Positions 43,377 through 52,277 of a stretch of 60,171 bases of DNA are shown here, piece after piece (position 1 is the first letter of the stretch; the number at the start of each line of letters is the position of its first letter). Under the pieces are notes generated by a model. That model did no database searches. It saw only the letters and a program-made list of their open reading frames with translations, and had not been told where the DNA came from. The DNA comes from Minisyncoccia bacterium (GTDB lineage: Bacteria > Patescibacteriota > Minisyncoccia > Phycocordibacterales > UBA5272), in NCBI GenBank assembly GCA_038256975.1, contig JBBSJU010000004.1, positions 1-60,171 of the forward strand. The letters run 5' to 3'. The translations under genes were made by a program, and so were the position numbers.

Positions 43377-43760
43377 ATGGATATCACTACATTTCTTGCC
43401 CAAATATGGGGACCAATATTAGTTGCGATTGCGTTCGGTTTTTTCTTCAGTACAAAGTATTACATCAGAATCTATCGTGATCTCGAAAAGGAATCGTTTG
43501 CCGTGCTCTTCTTTGGTATGGCCGCTATGGCAGGTGGTATAGCACACATTCTTGCGCACAACACTTGGGAAAATCTATCAGAGATTATCATAACCCTTCT
43601 CGGATGGGGTGTGCTCATCAAGGGTATTATTTGCGTCGCGTTTCCTAAGCTTGCAGATCGTGGAGGTGATTGGGCATTGGATGCGAAGGTAGTTCCAGCA
43701 GCAGGAATCGTTGCTCTGGTCCTTGGCGCATATCTCTCATGGGTGGGATACTTCCTATAA
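43377..43760 (+). CDS. Integral membrane protein (4 TM)
   Basis: Hydrophobic throughout. ATG 43377 preferred over the track TTG at 43362. Confidence 0.55.
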   Translation: MDITTFLAQIWGPILVAIAFGFFFSTKYYIRIYRDLEKESFAVLFFGMAAMAGGIAHILAHNTWENLSEIIITLLGWGVLIKGIICVAFPKLADRGGDWALDAKVVPAAGIVALVLGAYLSWVGYFL

Positions 43761-43764
43761 TGCA

Positions 43765-44073
43765 ATGTTAAAAAAATACTTAGACTATCTACGAAATAAC
43801 CCGGAAGGATACTGGTTCAAACGAAAGATTTGGGGTTGGGGTTGGGTGCCAGCTACTTGGCAAGGATGGCTGACTACGTTGCTTTATGTGGCACTTATTT
43901 TATTTCTTGTTCTTAACCGAGAAGAAGCAATCCCAGGAAACCCTGATTCAGGAAGTAATTTTCTAGTATTAGGATTACCGAGCATCCTCCTCACCATCCT
44001 TTTCATTTTTATCGTGTACAAGAAAGGAGAGAAACCGAAGTGGCAGTGGGGGATGCCAGACAAGAAAGATTAG
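43765..44073 (+). CDS. Small membrane protein
   Basis: MLKKYLDYLRNNPEGYWFKRKIWGWGWVPATWQGWLTTLLYVALILFLVL. ATG 43765 lies 4 nt after the upstream stop. Confidence 0.55.
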   Translation: MLKKYLDYLRNNPEGYWFKRKIWGWGWVPATWQGWLTTLLYVALILFLVLNREEAIPGNPDSGSNFLVLGLPSILLTILFIFIVYKKGEKPKWQWGMPDKKD

Positions 44074-44346
44074 AGAATTCTTCCGAGGCTTGAGTCGGAT
44101 AGGAAACATATATTTAAAGAGACAGTGTTTCTTGGTGGTTTTTCTTTTCTTATATAAAAAATAAAGGCGACACCTGTGGTGCCGCCAATTTCGTTTCCTG
44201 AAAAACCATCATCCGAAGATTGCTCGTGCGGTATTTTTGGTGACCATTCCCCGAAATGCAAAGATCGGGATGTCTGTCGGTGGTACGCCGACAGAATAGG
44301 TCATGAAGCGGATATTGGAATTACCAAGTGAAAGATCGGAAGGTTT

Positions 44347-45042
44347 TTACCGATGAATCAGGTCAGCCAGCTCGCGGACTTTTTCAGCGATAAAATATTC
44401 ATTGTCGTCGAGTTCAGGTCCCCTTGCACAAATACTCGATGCTACAAGAAATATGTCTGCGAACTTGAGGAGTTGCAAAACATTCGCTGCACTTACACCA
44501 CTTGCCACAGCAAGCGGGATTTTGCCGTCAAGGTTTTCCTTGATGTCGTACAGCTTCAGAACATCGGGCGGGGATCCAGTGCTGTCTCCACTTGTTGTTG
44601 CAACGTTGACACACCTGACCGCTTTTGCGCACGCTTCTGAGAGTGCCGCGCCGGAGAGCTGAGAGTCGATGTATTTGAATGCAACACCTCCAAAAACTTG
44701 TATTGTCCGAGGGAGGCTGATTCTGTGGTTTGGCATACCGTCAATCCATAAGGCATTGAGGTTAGTGCATCGCCGAGCAATGGTGGAAAGTTCCGTCCAG
44801 AGCTTCTCAGACGAAATGTCAAGAAAGTTAAGACCAATCCAAGCCTCTGGAAGTCGCTCTCGTACATGTTCGAAGATATAGCTAAGTTTACTGAAACGCA
44901 TGTTGTGACCGATGAGGAAGACCCCATCGGCGCCATTTGTCATAGCGATACGGACGTTGTCAATGGCGTGACCAATACCTTGGTTATTTGGATCCACACA
45001 GTGGATCACGGGATAGAACTTCTTAGACGAAAGAGCACTCAT
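44347..45042 (-). CDS. TIM-barrel phosphate-binding-type protein (BtpA/SgcQ-like?), SD-led
   Basis: FYPVIHCVD...GADGVFLIGH...IPLAVASGVSAANV. AGGAGG lies 6 nt before the ATG. Family assignment is tentative. Confidence 0.4.
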   Translation of the reverse strand: MSALSSKKFYPVIHCVDPNNQGIGHAIDNVRIAMTNGADGVFLIGHNMRFSKLSYIFEHVRERLPEAWIGLNFLDISSEKLWTELSTIARRCTNLNALWIDGMPNHRISLPRTIQVFGGVAFKYIDSQLSGAALSEACAKAVRCVNVATTSGDSTGSPPDVLKLYDIKENLDGKIPLAVASGVSAANVLQLLKFADIFLVASSICARGPELDDNEYFIAEKVRELADLIHR

Positions 45043-45141
45043 TGTTATCCTCCTGGGCAGAATTACCCTGCACGCATACTATCTTCGGGCTGGGCAGAAG
45101 TCAATTCTAATATAATAAAAAATGCTAATATCATTTTAAGT

Positions 45142-45552
45142 ATGGCAGACGACTTTTCAAAATTTTTAATAAAGGACTATACATACTGGGCGGTGTATAT
45201 TCACGAAAACCAAAGTTATCTTGGGCGTTGTGTGGTTTGGTGTAAAAGAGAAGACGCTCTTGATTTGACCGAGGCGACCCCTGAGGAACAAAGCGAATTA
45301 TTTGTAGTGTTAAATGATCTCAGAAAAGCTTTGGCAAAGACTTTTAAACCTGACTGGTTCAACTATGCTTTTTTGGGAAATGAGACTCAGTATCTTCACT
45401 GCCATTTCATTCCTCGGTATGCTGCACCTCAAGAGTTCATGGGAGTAACTTTTAAGGATGAGCTTTGGGGACATAACTACAAGACCGACAAAGGATTCAA
45501 AATCTCTCCCGAAGTTCTCGCTGCTATTCAGGAGAAAATAAAGGAAGCATAA
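45142..45552 (+). CDS. HIT-like superfamily protein with degenerate histidine triad
   Basis: YWAVYIHENQSYLGRCVVW...YLHCHFIPRY. Start at MADDF (ATG 45142); the longer track ORF from 44866 is antisense to the neighbouring gene. Confidence 0.6.
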   Translation: MADDFSKFLIKDYTYWAVYIHENQSYLGRCVVWCKREDALDLTEATPEEQSELFVVLNDLRKALAKTFKPDWFNYAFLGNETQYLHCHFIPRYAAPQEFMGVTFKDELWGHNYKTDKGFKISPEVLAAIQEKIKEA

Positions 45553-45582
45553 AGGCAAACAGTTTTTTGGAAGTTTTCAGGT

Positions 45583-45753
45583 AAATGAAAATGCCCCTCT
45601 TCCTCGACTCCTACATAAGGAAAGAAGAATGGGGCACATTGTGTAGTCGTTAGCCAAACAGGGTGACCAGCTCCTGCTCGCGGTACTGAGTTGCTTGCGT
45701 TTGTAATCAGTCATCCTCCACCTTTCATGACGCAAAGCATTTCTGCCGGGAGT
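45583..45753 (-). ncRNA. Candidate ~170-nt small RNA (or tiny-peptide transcript) bounded by its own promoter and terminator
   Basis: Minus-strand TTGACA (45788-45783), 17 nt, TAATGT (45765-45760). Hairpin 45592-45636 (6+5 bp) followed on the minus strand by TTTTCATTT. GC-rich relative to flanks. Confidence 0.3.
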
Positions 45754-45943
45754 AGACACACATTACATCTTCAACTTGTTTTTGTCAATAAGAGAGATTC
45801 TGACCCGATCTCTTTTTTCTGGAACCAGAATTGCTCGAGAGTTAATGTCTTTGTATAGAAAGGTAATAAAAAAAAGAGATTAATAGAGACGTAAAGGATT
45901 CTTTACACTAATCCATGGGCACTATATAATCGCAGCATTCACT

Positions 45944-46156
45944 ATGAGAGAACGTATAAAAAATAAAGTGAGTGAATATCGAATTCAGCGGGGCATAACC
46001 CAAGAAGAACTTGCAGCTGAGGTGAATGTAAGTCGACAGACGATTAGTGCACTTGAGAAAGGGAATTACACCCCATCTATTTTATTGGCGCTTAATATAG
46101 CAAACTTCTTTAAGTTGCCTGTTGAGCGAATATTTACTATTACTTATGAAAAATAA
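45944..46156 (+). CDS. XRE-family helix-turn-helix transcriptional regulator (70 aa)
   Basis: RIQRGITQEELAAEVNVSRQTISALEKGNYTPSILLALNIANFF. Confidence 0.85.
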   Translation: MRERIKNKVSEYRIQRGITQEELAAEVNVSRQTISALEKGNYTPSILLALNIANFFKLPVERIFTITYEK

Positions 46157-46508
46157 TGTATACGAATTCATCGTTACGGTAGCTTTGATTACGATTGCAA
46201 TCTTATTACTCAACCCTTTCCATTTTTGGATGCCTGATATGATAGTAATATGTATGCTCGCAGTTGCGTTGGCTCTCTTCGGGCTATTTGCAAGCTTTGT
46301 TCTTCGAGAAAAGTCGGTGGACGAAAGAGAGGACCAGCATAAGTCTTTGGCAGGCAGGAATGCTTTTCTTGCCGGTTCCGGAATTCTTATGCTCGGAATC
46401 GTTGTGCAGGGATATACACACACTGTAGATCCATGGCTTGTTCTTACCCTTATCGGCATGGTGATTGTCAAAATAATGACACGTCATTGGAGCGACAAGT
46501 ATCTGTAG
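46146..46508 (+). CDS. Membrane protein co-transcribed with the XRE regulator
   Basis: Four hydrophobic segments. ATG 46146 overlaps the XRE stop. Confidence 0.55.
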   Translation: MKNNVYEFIVTVALITIAILLLNPFHFWMPDMIVICMLAVALALFGLFASFVLREKSVDEREDQHKSLAGRNAFLAGSGILMLGIVVQGYTHTVDPWLVLTLIGMVIVKIMTRHWSDKYL

Positions 46509-46533
46509 TAACTTCGGTGATGAGCTACGCGCT

Positions 46534-46575
46534 AAAACAAATGTAAAGCTTGCTTTACATTTGTTTTTCTTTTAT
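46534..46575 (+). terminator. Rho-independent terminator
   Basis: aaaacaaatgtaaag-cttg-ctttacatttgtttt perfect stem followed by a T run. Confidence 0.8.
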
Positions 46576-46598
46576 CTATACTACTAGATATACAAATT

Positions 46599-47117
46599 AT
46601 GAATAAAAATATAGGAAGTATTATTGGAGTTATCGCATTTGTGGTGATTATCGGAGGGGTGTATGTATCGATGAATAGTAAAGATGATGTAATGGTAGTA
46701 AAGGATAGTATGGATCAAAAAATTATCGATGACAAAATGGTTGATGAAAAAACCATGATGGATAAGAACGAGACAGGAATGATGGAAAAAGATGAACCTA
46801 TGATGAAGGTGGGATCATATGAGGCATATAGCGCCGACAAGTTGTCTCGCGCAGAAACTGGTGACGTCGTTCTCTTTTTTCATGCTTCGTGGTGTCCGTC
46901 ATGTCGTGGACTTAACGCGAGTATTGAAAGTAACCTCGGAACCATTCCCGCAGGTGTTGTTATTTTAAAGACTGACTATGATACAGAGACTGAGTTAAAG
47001 AAAAAATATGGAGTAACGTACCAGCATACACTGGTGCAGGTTGATAAAGATGGAAATATGATTAAGAAATGGAGTGGTAGCCCAAGTCTTGATAAGCTTG
47101 TAGCGCAGATTCAATGA
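46599..47117 (+). CDS. Membrane-anchored thioredoxin-like protein
   Basis: N-terminal TM IGSIIGVIAFVVIIGGVYV. VVLFFHASWCPSCRGL (WCxxC). Confidence 0.8.
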   Translation: MNKNIGSIIGVIAFVVIIGGVYVSMNSKDDVMVVKDSMDQKIIDDKMVDEKTMMDKNETGMMEKDEPMMKVGSYEAYSADKLSRAETGDVVLFFHASWCPSCRGLNASIESNLGTIPAGVVILKTDYDTETELKKKYGVTYQHTLVQVDKDGNMIKKWSGSPSLDKLVAQIQ

Positions 47118-48919
47118 TATTTTTTTTCCTTATAGCAATTTTGGCAGGAATATTTACGGTTGTAGCACCGTGTATATTGCCCCTGCTTCCGATTGTTATT
47201 GGGGCTTCTGAGACAGGTGAAAAGAGGGTATCAAAACGAGCAATTACTGTTATTGGATCACTTTCAGTATCAGTGGTTCTCTTCACACTTCTTCTAAAAG
47301 CTACGACATTGTTCATAGCTATTCCCCAGATATTTTGGAGTAGTTTTTCAGGAGTGATCATTATCTTGGTTGGAATAGCAATTACATTTCCTTTACTTTG
47401 GACAAAGATTCCGTTTGTTCAGAAGCTTAGTATATTGAGTAATAAAGCCGTTGGAACTGGGTACCAAAAGAAAAGTTACAAAGGAGACATGCTTATGGGA
47501 CTTGCGCTCGGACCTGTATTTACCACGTGCTCTCCGACATATTTATTCATCATTGCCACAACATTACCTGCTAGTTTCTTTATCGGACTAGTCTATCTTC
47601 TTGGGTTTACATTTGGCCTGGCTCTAGCGTTGCTTCTTGTTGCATATTTTGGACAAAGAATTGTTAATAAGGTAAGCGAGCATATGCAAGCAACAGGGAA
47701 AATAAAACAAGCATTTGGGGTTCTAATCATTTTTGTGGGTATTTTGATTCTCACTGGTTATGACAAAAAGATAGAGACTGCCATCCTTGATTCAGGGTAT
47801 GGAGCAACCATTCAACTCGAAGATGCGTTGATAGAAAAGTTTGCTCCAAAAGATATGAAAAAAGAAGATTCCGTAGAAAAAAATTCTATGAATGCTAAAG
47901 ACTATGAAACAATCACTCTAGCGGGTGGTTGTTTTTGGTGTACAGAGGCATATTTTCAGGAACATTCTGGAGTAATAGATGCGGTTTCTGGCTATGCGGG
48001 CGGAAGCGAACAAAATGCTTCATATCTTAAGGTCTCAAAAGGAATTACGGCACATCGCGAGGCGGTACAAGTAACATATAATCCTGAGGCCATCTCTACC
48101 GAAGAGATACTAGATATCTATTGGTCGCATATAGATCCAACCAACATAGAAGGGCAATTTGCTGATAAAGGATTCCAGTACACTACAGCTATTTTTTATC
48201 ACAATGATTCGCAAAAAGAAGCCGTGCTTGATTCTAAAAAACGTTTGGAGCAGAGCGGACTTTTTAGCAAACCAATAGCAACCGAAATATTGCCATTCTC
48301 AAATTTCTTTAAGGCTGAAGAGTATCATCAGGATTACTATAAAAAAGCCGCAGATCATTATGAGCGATATAAAAAAGGATCAGGACGAGCTGGCTTTGTT
48401 GAAGAGACATGGGCAAAAGATGCGGCTATAAAATTTCTGGAGACCGAACAAACAACTTCGGATATTAAAATTAAAAAGGACTATGATTATTCTGATGAAG
48501 AAATAGCGGAGATGTTAAAGAATTTAGATCCCCTCGCGTATCACGTGGTAGCTGAAAATGGTACCGAATCGCCCTTCAATAATAAATACTGGAATAATAA
48601 AGCGGAAGGAATTTATGTGGATGTCGTGACCAAGAAGCCTCTTTTTTCAAGTACGCACAAGTATGACTCAGGCACTGGCTGGCCAAGTTTTTGGAGGACC
48701 ATCGACGATGACTCGGTGACACTTCATAAGGATAATTCATTATCTACTTCTCGCATCGAAGTACGAAGTGATGCCGGACATGTCGGACATGTGTTCAACG
48801 ATGGTCCGGTCGAAGAAGGTGGTCGACGATTCTGTACTAACTCAGCGTCGCTTCTGTTTGTGCCAAAAGAGGAGATGAAAAGCCAGGGGTATGAAAAATA
48901 TCTGTACTTGTTTAATTAA
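47114..48919 (+). CDS. CcdA/DsbD-like membrane domain fused to MsrA and MsrB methionine sulfoxide reductases
   Basis: CILPLLP in the multi-TM N-domain. GGCFWCTEAYF (MsrA). GTGWPSFW and RFCTNSASL (MsrB). ATGA overlap with the Trx-like gene. Confidence 0.85.
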   Translation: MIFFFLIAILAGIFTVVAPCILPLLPIVIGASETGEKRVSKRAITVIGSLSVSVVLFTLLLKATTLFIAIPQIFWSSFSGVIIILVGIAITFPLLWTKIPFVQKLSILSNKAVGTGYQKKSYKGDMLMGLALGPVFTTCSPTYLFIIATTLPASFFIGLVYLLGFTFGLALALLLVAYFGQRIVNKVSEHMQATGKIKQAFGVLIIFVGILILTGYDKKIETAILDSGYGATIQLEDALIEKFAPKDMKKEDSVEKNSMNAKDYETITLAGGCFWCTEAYFQEHSGVIDAVSGYAGGSEQNASYLKVSKGITAHREAVQVTYNPEAISTEEILDIYWSHIDPTNIEGQFADKGFQYTTAIFYHNDSQKEAVLDSKKRLEQSGLFSKPIATEILPFSNFFKAEEYHQDYYKKAADHYERYKKGSGRAGFVEETWAKDAAIKFLETEQTTSDIKIKKDYDYSDEEIAEMLKNLDPLAYHVVAENGTESPFNNKYWNNKAEGIYVDVVTKKPLFSSTHKYDSGTGWPSFWRTIDDDSVTLHKDNSLSTSRIEVRSDAGHVGHVFNDGPVEEGGRRFCTNSASLLFVPKEEMKSQGYEKYLYLFN

Positions 48920-48933
48920 AATCTGTACCAGAT

Positions 48934-49305
48934 CTATTCCTTTCGTAAAATCTTCTCCATTGACCTTCCTTTCGCTAACTCATCGATTAATTTATCGAGG
49001 TAGCGAATTTCACGCATAAGTGGCTCTTTGATGTCTTCTAATCGAACACCGCAAATTACACCCTTTATTAAAGCGCGTGAAGAATTTATTTGGGGAGCCT
49101 CAGCAAAGAAAGTTTCAAAATCTGTTTGCTTTTTCAGTTGTGCTTCTAATTGTTTCTGACTGTATCCTGTGAGCCAACGAATGATTTCGTCAACTTCATT
49201 TTTAGCGCGTCCTTTCTTCTGTGCTTTGGAGATATAAAGGGGGTAGACGCTTGCGAAGCTCATTGTGTAGATTCGATGTTTTTTTGAGGCATCTTGCTGT
49301 TTCAT
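48934..49305 (-). CDS. DUF2200-family protein
   Basis: [34 protein letters not shown]. Start at MKQQD (ATG 49305); the longer track ORF would overlap the next gene. Confidence 0.6.
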   Translation of the reverse strand: MKQQDASKKHRIYTMSFASVYPLYISKAQKKGRAKNEVDEIIRWLTGYSQKQLEAQLKKQTDFETFFAEAPQINSSRALIKGVICGVRLEDIKEPLMREIRYLDKLIDELAKGRSMEKILRKE

Positions 49306-49379
49306 GATTTTCTTTATTTTAACACCAAAATGAAAGGACGCCTCCACAGGGGAAGCGTCTTGAATTTTGTAGCAGAGAG

Positions 49380-49868
49380 TCATCTTGGCTCTACTACCAC
49401 TTGTATTTTGTTGGTGATCTTTAGCATTGCTTGCAGTGGTTTTTTGAAAACTCGTCCGTACGCGCGACGGCGTCCGGCCACAAGCACGCAACCATCCGAT
49501 GCCGCTGCGCCGAAGTGAATCTGAATATACTTGCGCGGCATATCACCTTGACCAAAAAGTATTCTTGTCTCTGGGTCGTCGAAGAATTCCACTCGGAATC
49601 CAACTGGACCATCTTCGCGAACAATTCCAGTGTAAGGGGTATCTGCAGATGGGGGACATTCCCCCTTTTCTCCATACAAACTTGCGAGTTCACCACCAAA
49701 CGTTGGAAAAGACGAGTTACGTGTTACTGCGAACTCAAATTTTTCTGTGCCAAGACAAACAATGGCAAAATAAGTAGGGACGTATGTACGCCTACCTTTT
49801 CTGCCAGCGAATTCATACAACAGACCCTTTCTACCTGTCGGTTTACCAGTAATCGTTATCTGAATCAC
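49380..49868 (-). CDS. DUF5675-like protein (YkuD/L,D-transpeptidase-like catalytic motif?)
   Basis: [19 protein letters not shown] resembles the H..(S/T).GC motif. GTG start preceded by AAAGGGG. GC-richer than flanks. Confidence 0.4.
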   Translation of the reverse strand: MIQITITGKPTGRKGLLYEFAGRKGRRTYVPTYFAIVCLGTEKFEFAVTRNSSFPTFGGELASLYGEKGECPPSADTPYTGIVREDGPVGFRVEFFDDPETRILFGQGDMPRKYIQIHFGAAASDGCVLVAGRRRAYGRVFKKPLQAMLKITNKIQVVVEPR

Positions 49869-50013
49869 GGAACACCCCTTTGTCTCTGTTAAGGAACTGG
49901 CGACATTCTACAGGATTCCGAATAATTTTCAATTTTGAGTAGGCGGGGTGGATTTTCAGCTTTAACTAAAAAGAAGTCATGGTACTATTACATATATAAC
50001 TCCATAAATAATT

Positions 50014-50463
50014 ATGACCACTATACTTTTACTTTCTCTTTTAGGATCCGTGATTGCTGCAGTTGTTGGGACTATCTGGTATTCAAACGCAACTCCGATG
50101 GGAAAGATTCACATGCGATATCTTGGCTTTGATACATTATCAGCAGACGAACAAAAGGAAAAGATTGAAGAAGCGAAGCCAAAGATGCTCAAGATATATG
50201 GGGCACAAATGGCACTCTCATTTCTAACAGCATTCGCAGTGGTGTTTATAACAACTATGAGCATGCAAAACGGCTTGTCTTTTTGGATGGCTCTCGGATT
50301 CGTAATGCTAAATTGGCTGTGTTTTGTAGTGCCAACAATTGGCTCAGGAATACTTTGGGGTACTTGTGATCCAAAGATCGCGTGGCAGAAATTCTTTTCA
50401 GATATACTTTCAAATTTAGTGACAATACTGCTGATTGCGTTCGTAGCGAGTTTCTTTGTGTAG
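50014..50463 (+). CDS. DUF1761-like membrane protein
   Basis: LLSLLGSVIAAVVGTIWYSNATPMGKIHMRYLGF, 4 TM. Confidence 0.55.
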   Translation: MTTILLLSLLGSVIAAVVGTIWYSNATPMGKIHMRYLGFDTLSADEQKEKIEEAKPKMLKIYGAQMALSFLTAFAVVFITTMSMQNGLSFWMALGFVMLNWLCFVVPTIGSGILWGTCDPKIAWQKFFSDILSNLVTILLIAFVASFFV

Positions 50464-50580
50464 GTTTTGAAATGTAGTTACATCGTCGATTATAGGCGGC
50501 GAACTCGACAGAATCATATAACTGTGGTACGAATTAATTCTGCTCTTTAACAAGTTTCTCTACTAAGCGACGGAGGTGGT

Positions 50581-50943
50581 ATGAATTGTGTCGAGGTTCG
50601 GAAAAAACTAGGGCTATCTCAGTCCGAGATAGCGTTTCTCTTGTGGTGTTCAGTGGACGCCGTCCAAAATTGGGAACAAGGCAGGCATCGGCCTGACAGC
50701 TCCTCAATTAAAACTCTTTACAAAATGCTTGAAGACGGTAGTCAACAAGCCATTGTGAGTATCCTCTCCCCATCTTGTTCAAAGTGGTATGAACACATCA
50801 AGGATGCCAGAATGTGTGTAAAGATGGTCAACAAACTCATCACGAACCGCCTTCTTCGCGCAGCGTTGCAAGGGGAAGTTCTTACCCATAATCCCAGCTT
50901 GCTGAAGCCTAAGGAGTTGGTAAAAAGGGTCGCACTTGCGTAA
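50581..50943 (+). CDS. HTH (XRE-like) DNA-binding protein
   Basis: VRKKLGLSQSEIAFLLWCSVDAVQNWEQGRHRP. GGAGG lies 4 nt before the ATG. Confidence 0.6.
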   Translation: MNCVEVRKKLGLSQSEIAFLLWCSVDAVQNWEQGRHRPDSSSIKTLYKMLEDGSQQAIVSILSPSCSKWYEHIKDARMCVKMVNKLITNRLLRAALQGEVLTHNPSLLKPKELVKRVALA

Positions 50944-50997
50944 GTAGCAACAAAAGGCTTTCGCGCCTTTCGCGAAAAATGATACGGGAGTAGTTCG

Positions 50998-51495
50998 ATG
51001 AATCTTCAAATCGCTGTACTTATCGTTGTTTTCCTGGCCTGTGTTGCTTTGTTTATTCTGGCGCATTCTCCCCAGGTCACGCGGGCCGTACCAGGGGCGT
51101 TGTCAGCGCAGCCGGTGTTACCGATGTCACCAACTCCAATGAGTGTGACCTTTGGTTGGGACGAGACGATTCCAACCCCATGGGTTTTCTGGGAAACGGA
51201 ATCAGGTTACGAAAATGCAAAGCTGTGCAGGTCATTCGTGGGAATAAACGTGCGGTTTGACACATCAACTCGCTATCTGGACAAATTTGGTTGCTCCATG
51301 ATTGCACGCTGCCAAGGTGGCGGTGCGAGCAGTGATCAAGATGTGACCTTGGACTTCCAACCCATGACAATTCGTGTATTTCTTGGTGCCTATGGGAGAA
51401 TCATCAATAAAAAAGACAAGCGTGTCTACGGATGCAAACGATTGACACTGTTGGCAGATGGAAGAATGTACGCCTCTGGCCCAAAGTACAAGTGA
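50998..51495 (+). CDS. Hypothetical membrane-anchored/secreted protein
   Basis: N-terminal TM IAVLIVVFLACVALFILA. GGGAG lies 7 nt before the ATG. GC-rich. Confidence 0.5.
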   Translation: MNLQIAVLIVVFLACVALFILAHSPQVTRAVPGALSAQPVLPMSPTPMSVTFGWDETIPTPWVFWETESGYENAKLCRSFVGINVRFDTSTRYLDKFGCSMIARCQGGGASSDQDVTLDFQPMTIRVFLGAYGRIINKKDKRVYGCKRLTLLADGRMYASGPKYK

Positions 51496-51540
51496 TTCCA
51501 CAATGATGTGGAGGAAGGAACTAAGAGTTTCTCCTCCACC

Positions 51541-51572
51541 AAACCCCCTCTTGATGAGTGGGGTTTTTGTTT
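51541..51572 (+). terminator. Rho-independent terminator
   Basis: aaacccc-ctcttgatgagt-ggggttt followed by ttgttt. Preceded by a second hairpin, gtggagga...tcctccac (51508-51539). Confidence 0.7.
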
Positions 51573-51646
51573 GGAATAACAAGTAGTTGATACATGGGCA
51601 CGAAGACGGCATCATGGTTATTAAAAATGTTAGAATAAAAGAGTAA

Positions 51647-52198
51647 ATGAAAGAAACTCTTCTTTGGAAGTATAAAAATACAGCATTCCTTGTGCTGAGT
51701 TTGATTGTTTTATTTTTGTTGGCAGATACTGCAGTTACACATTCACTTATCAGACAAATTAGCAGCTTTGGTTATTTCGGCGCTTTTATTACAGGAATAC
51801 TTTTTGTATCAACGTTTACCGTTGTCCCAGCATCAGTTGTTTTGTTTCATCTTGCTCAAGAATTCAATCCACTCTTGGTTGCGCTGTGTGCCGGAGTAGG
51901 AGGAGTTATTGGAGACCTTTTAATTTTTCGTTTTTTAAAAGATGAGGTTTTTGAGGAAGTGCGCCCACTCATTTCTCGATTTGGCGGCTCACATATTGCT
52001 GCTCTTTTCCGTACACCATACTTTGCGTGGATTGTGCCTGTTATTGGGGCAATTATTATTGCATCACCATTCCCCGATGAGGTTGGTATAGGAATGATGG
52101 GGCTTTCGAAGATAAAGTGGTGGCAGTTTGCGATTCTCGTCTTTGTCTTGAATACTACGGGTATATTTCTTATTGTTACTCTTGCTGCGACTGTTTAA
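51647..52198 (+). CDS. Integral membrane protein (DedA/VTT-like?)
   Basis: Five or six hydrophobic segments. GVGGVIGDLLIFRFLKD. Confidence 0.45.
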   Translation: MKETLLWKYKNTAFLVLSLIVLFLLADTAVTHSLIRQISSFGYFGAFITGILFVSTFTVVPASVVLFHLAQEFNPLLVALCAGVGGVIGDLLIFRFLKDEVFEEVRPLISRFGGSHIAALFRTPYFAWIVPVIGAIIIASPFPDEVGIGMMGLSKIKWWQFAILVFVLNTTGIFLIVTLAATV

Positions 52199-52277
52199 GA
52201 AAAAGTTTGTGAGGTAATTGAGAAAGTAATGTACTATAAAATAATGTAATAGAAGGTGTGGAGCATTGATATAATTT

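Noticed and set aside
44070-44261. 63-aa minus-strand ORF between the membrane-protein gene and the TIM-barrel gene.
   Set aside because: No SD or -10 context, it overlaps predicted hairpins and a terminator, and no motif is recognisable. The region is treated as a structured UTR or ncRNA candidate instead.
44866-45141. N-terminal extension of the HIT-like ORF (track start 44866).
   Set aside because: The extension is antisense to the SD-led gene 44347..45042. A TGcTAATAT promoter followed by ATG 45142 gives a normal-length HIT-like protein.
45577-45759. 60-aa minus-strand ORF taken as a protein-coding gene.
   Set aside because: Its GTG start lies upstream of the predicted TSS, the intrinsic-terminator hairpin sits inside the frame before the stop codon, and the composition is Arg/Ser/Cys-rich. 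It is reinterpreted as a candidate small RNA.
52270-52275. TGaTATAAT immediately upstream of the P-type ATPase start, considered as another leaderless promoter.
   Set aside because: Only 2 nt separate the hexamer from ATG 52278, so a transcript from it would start inside the coding region. The promoter for this gene remains unassigned.
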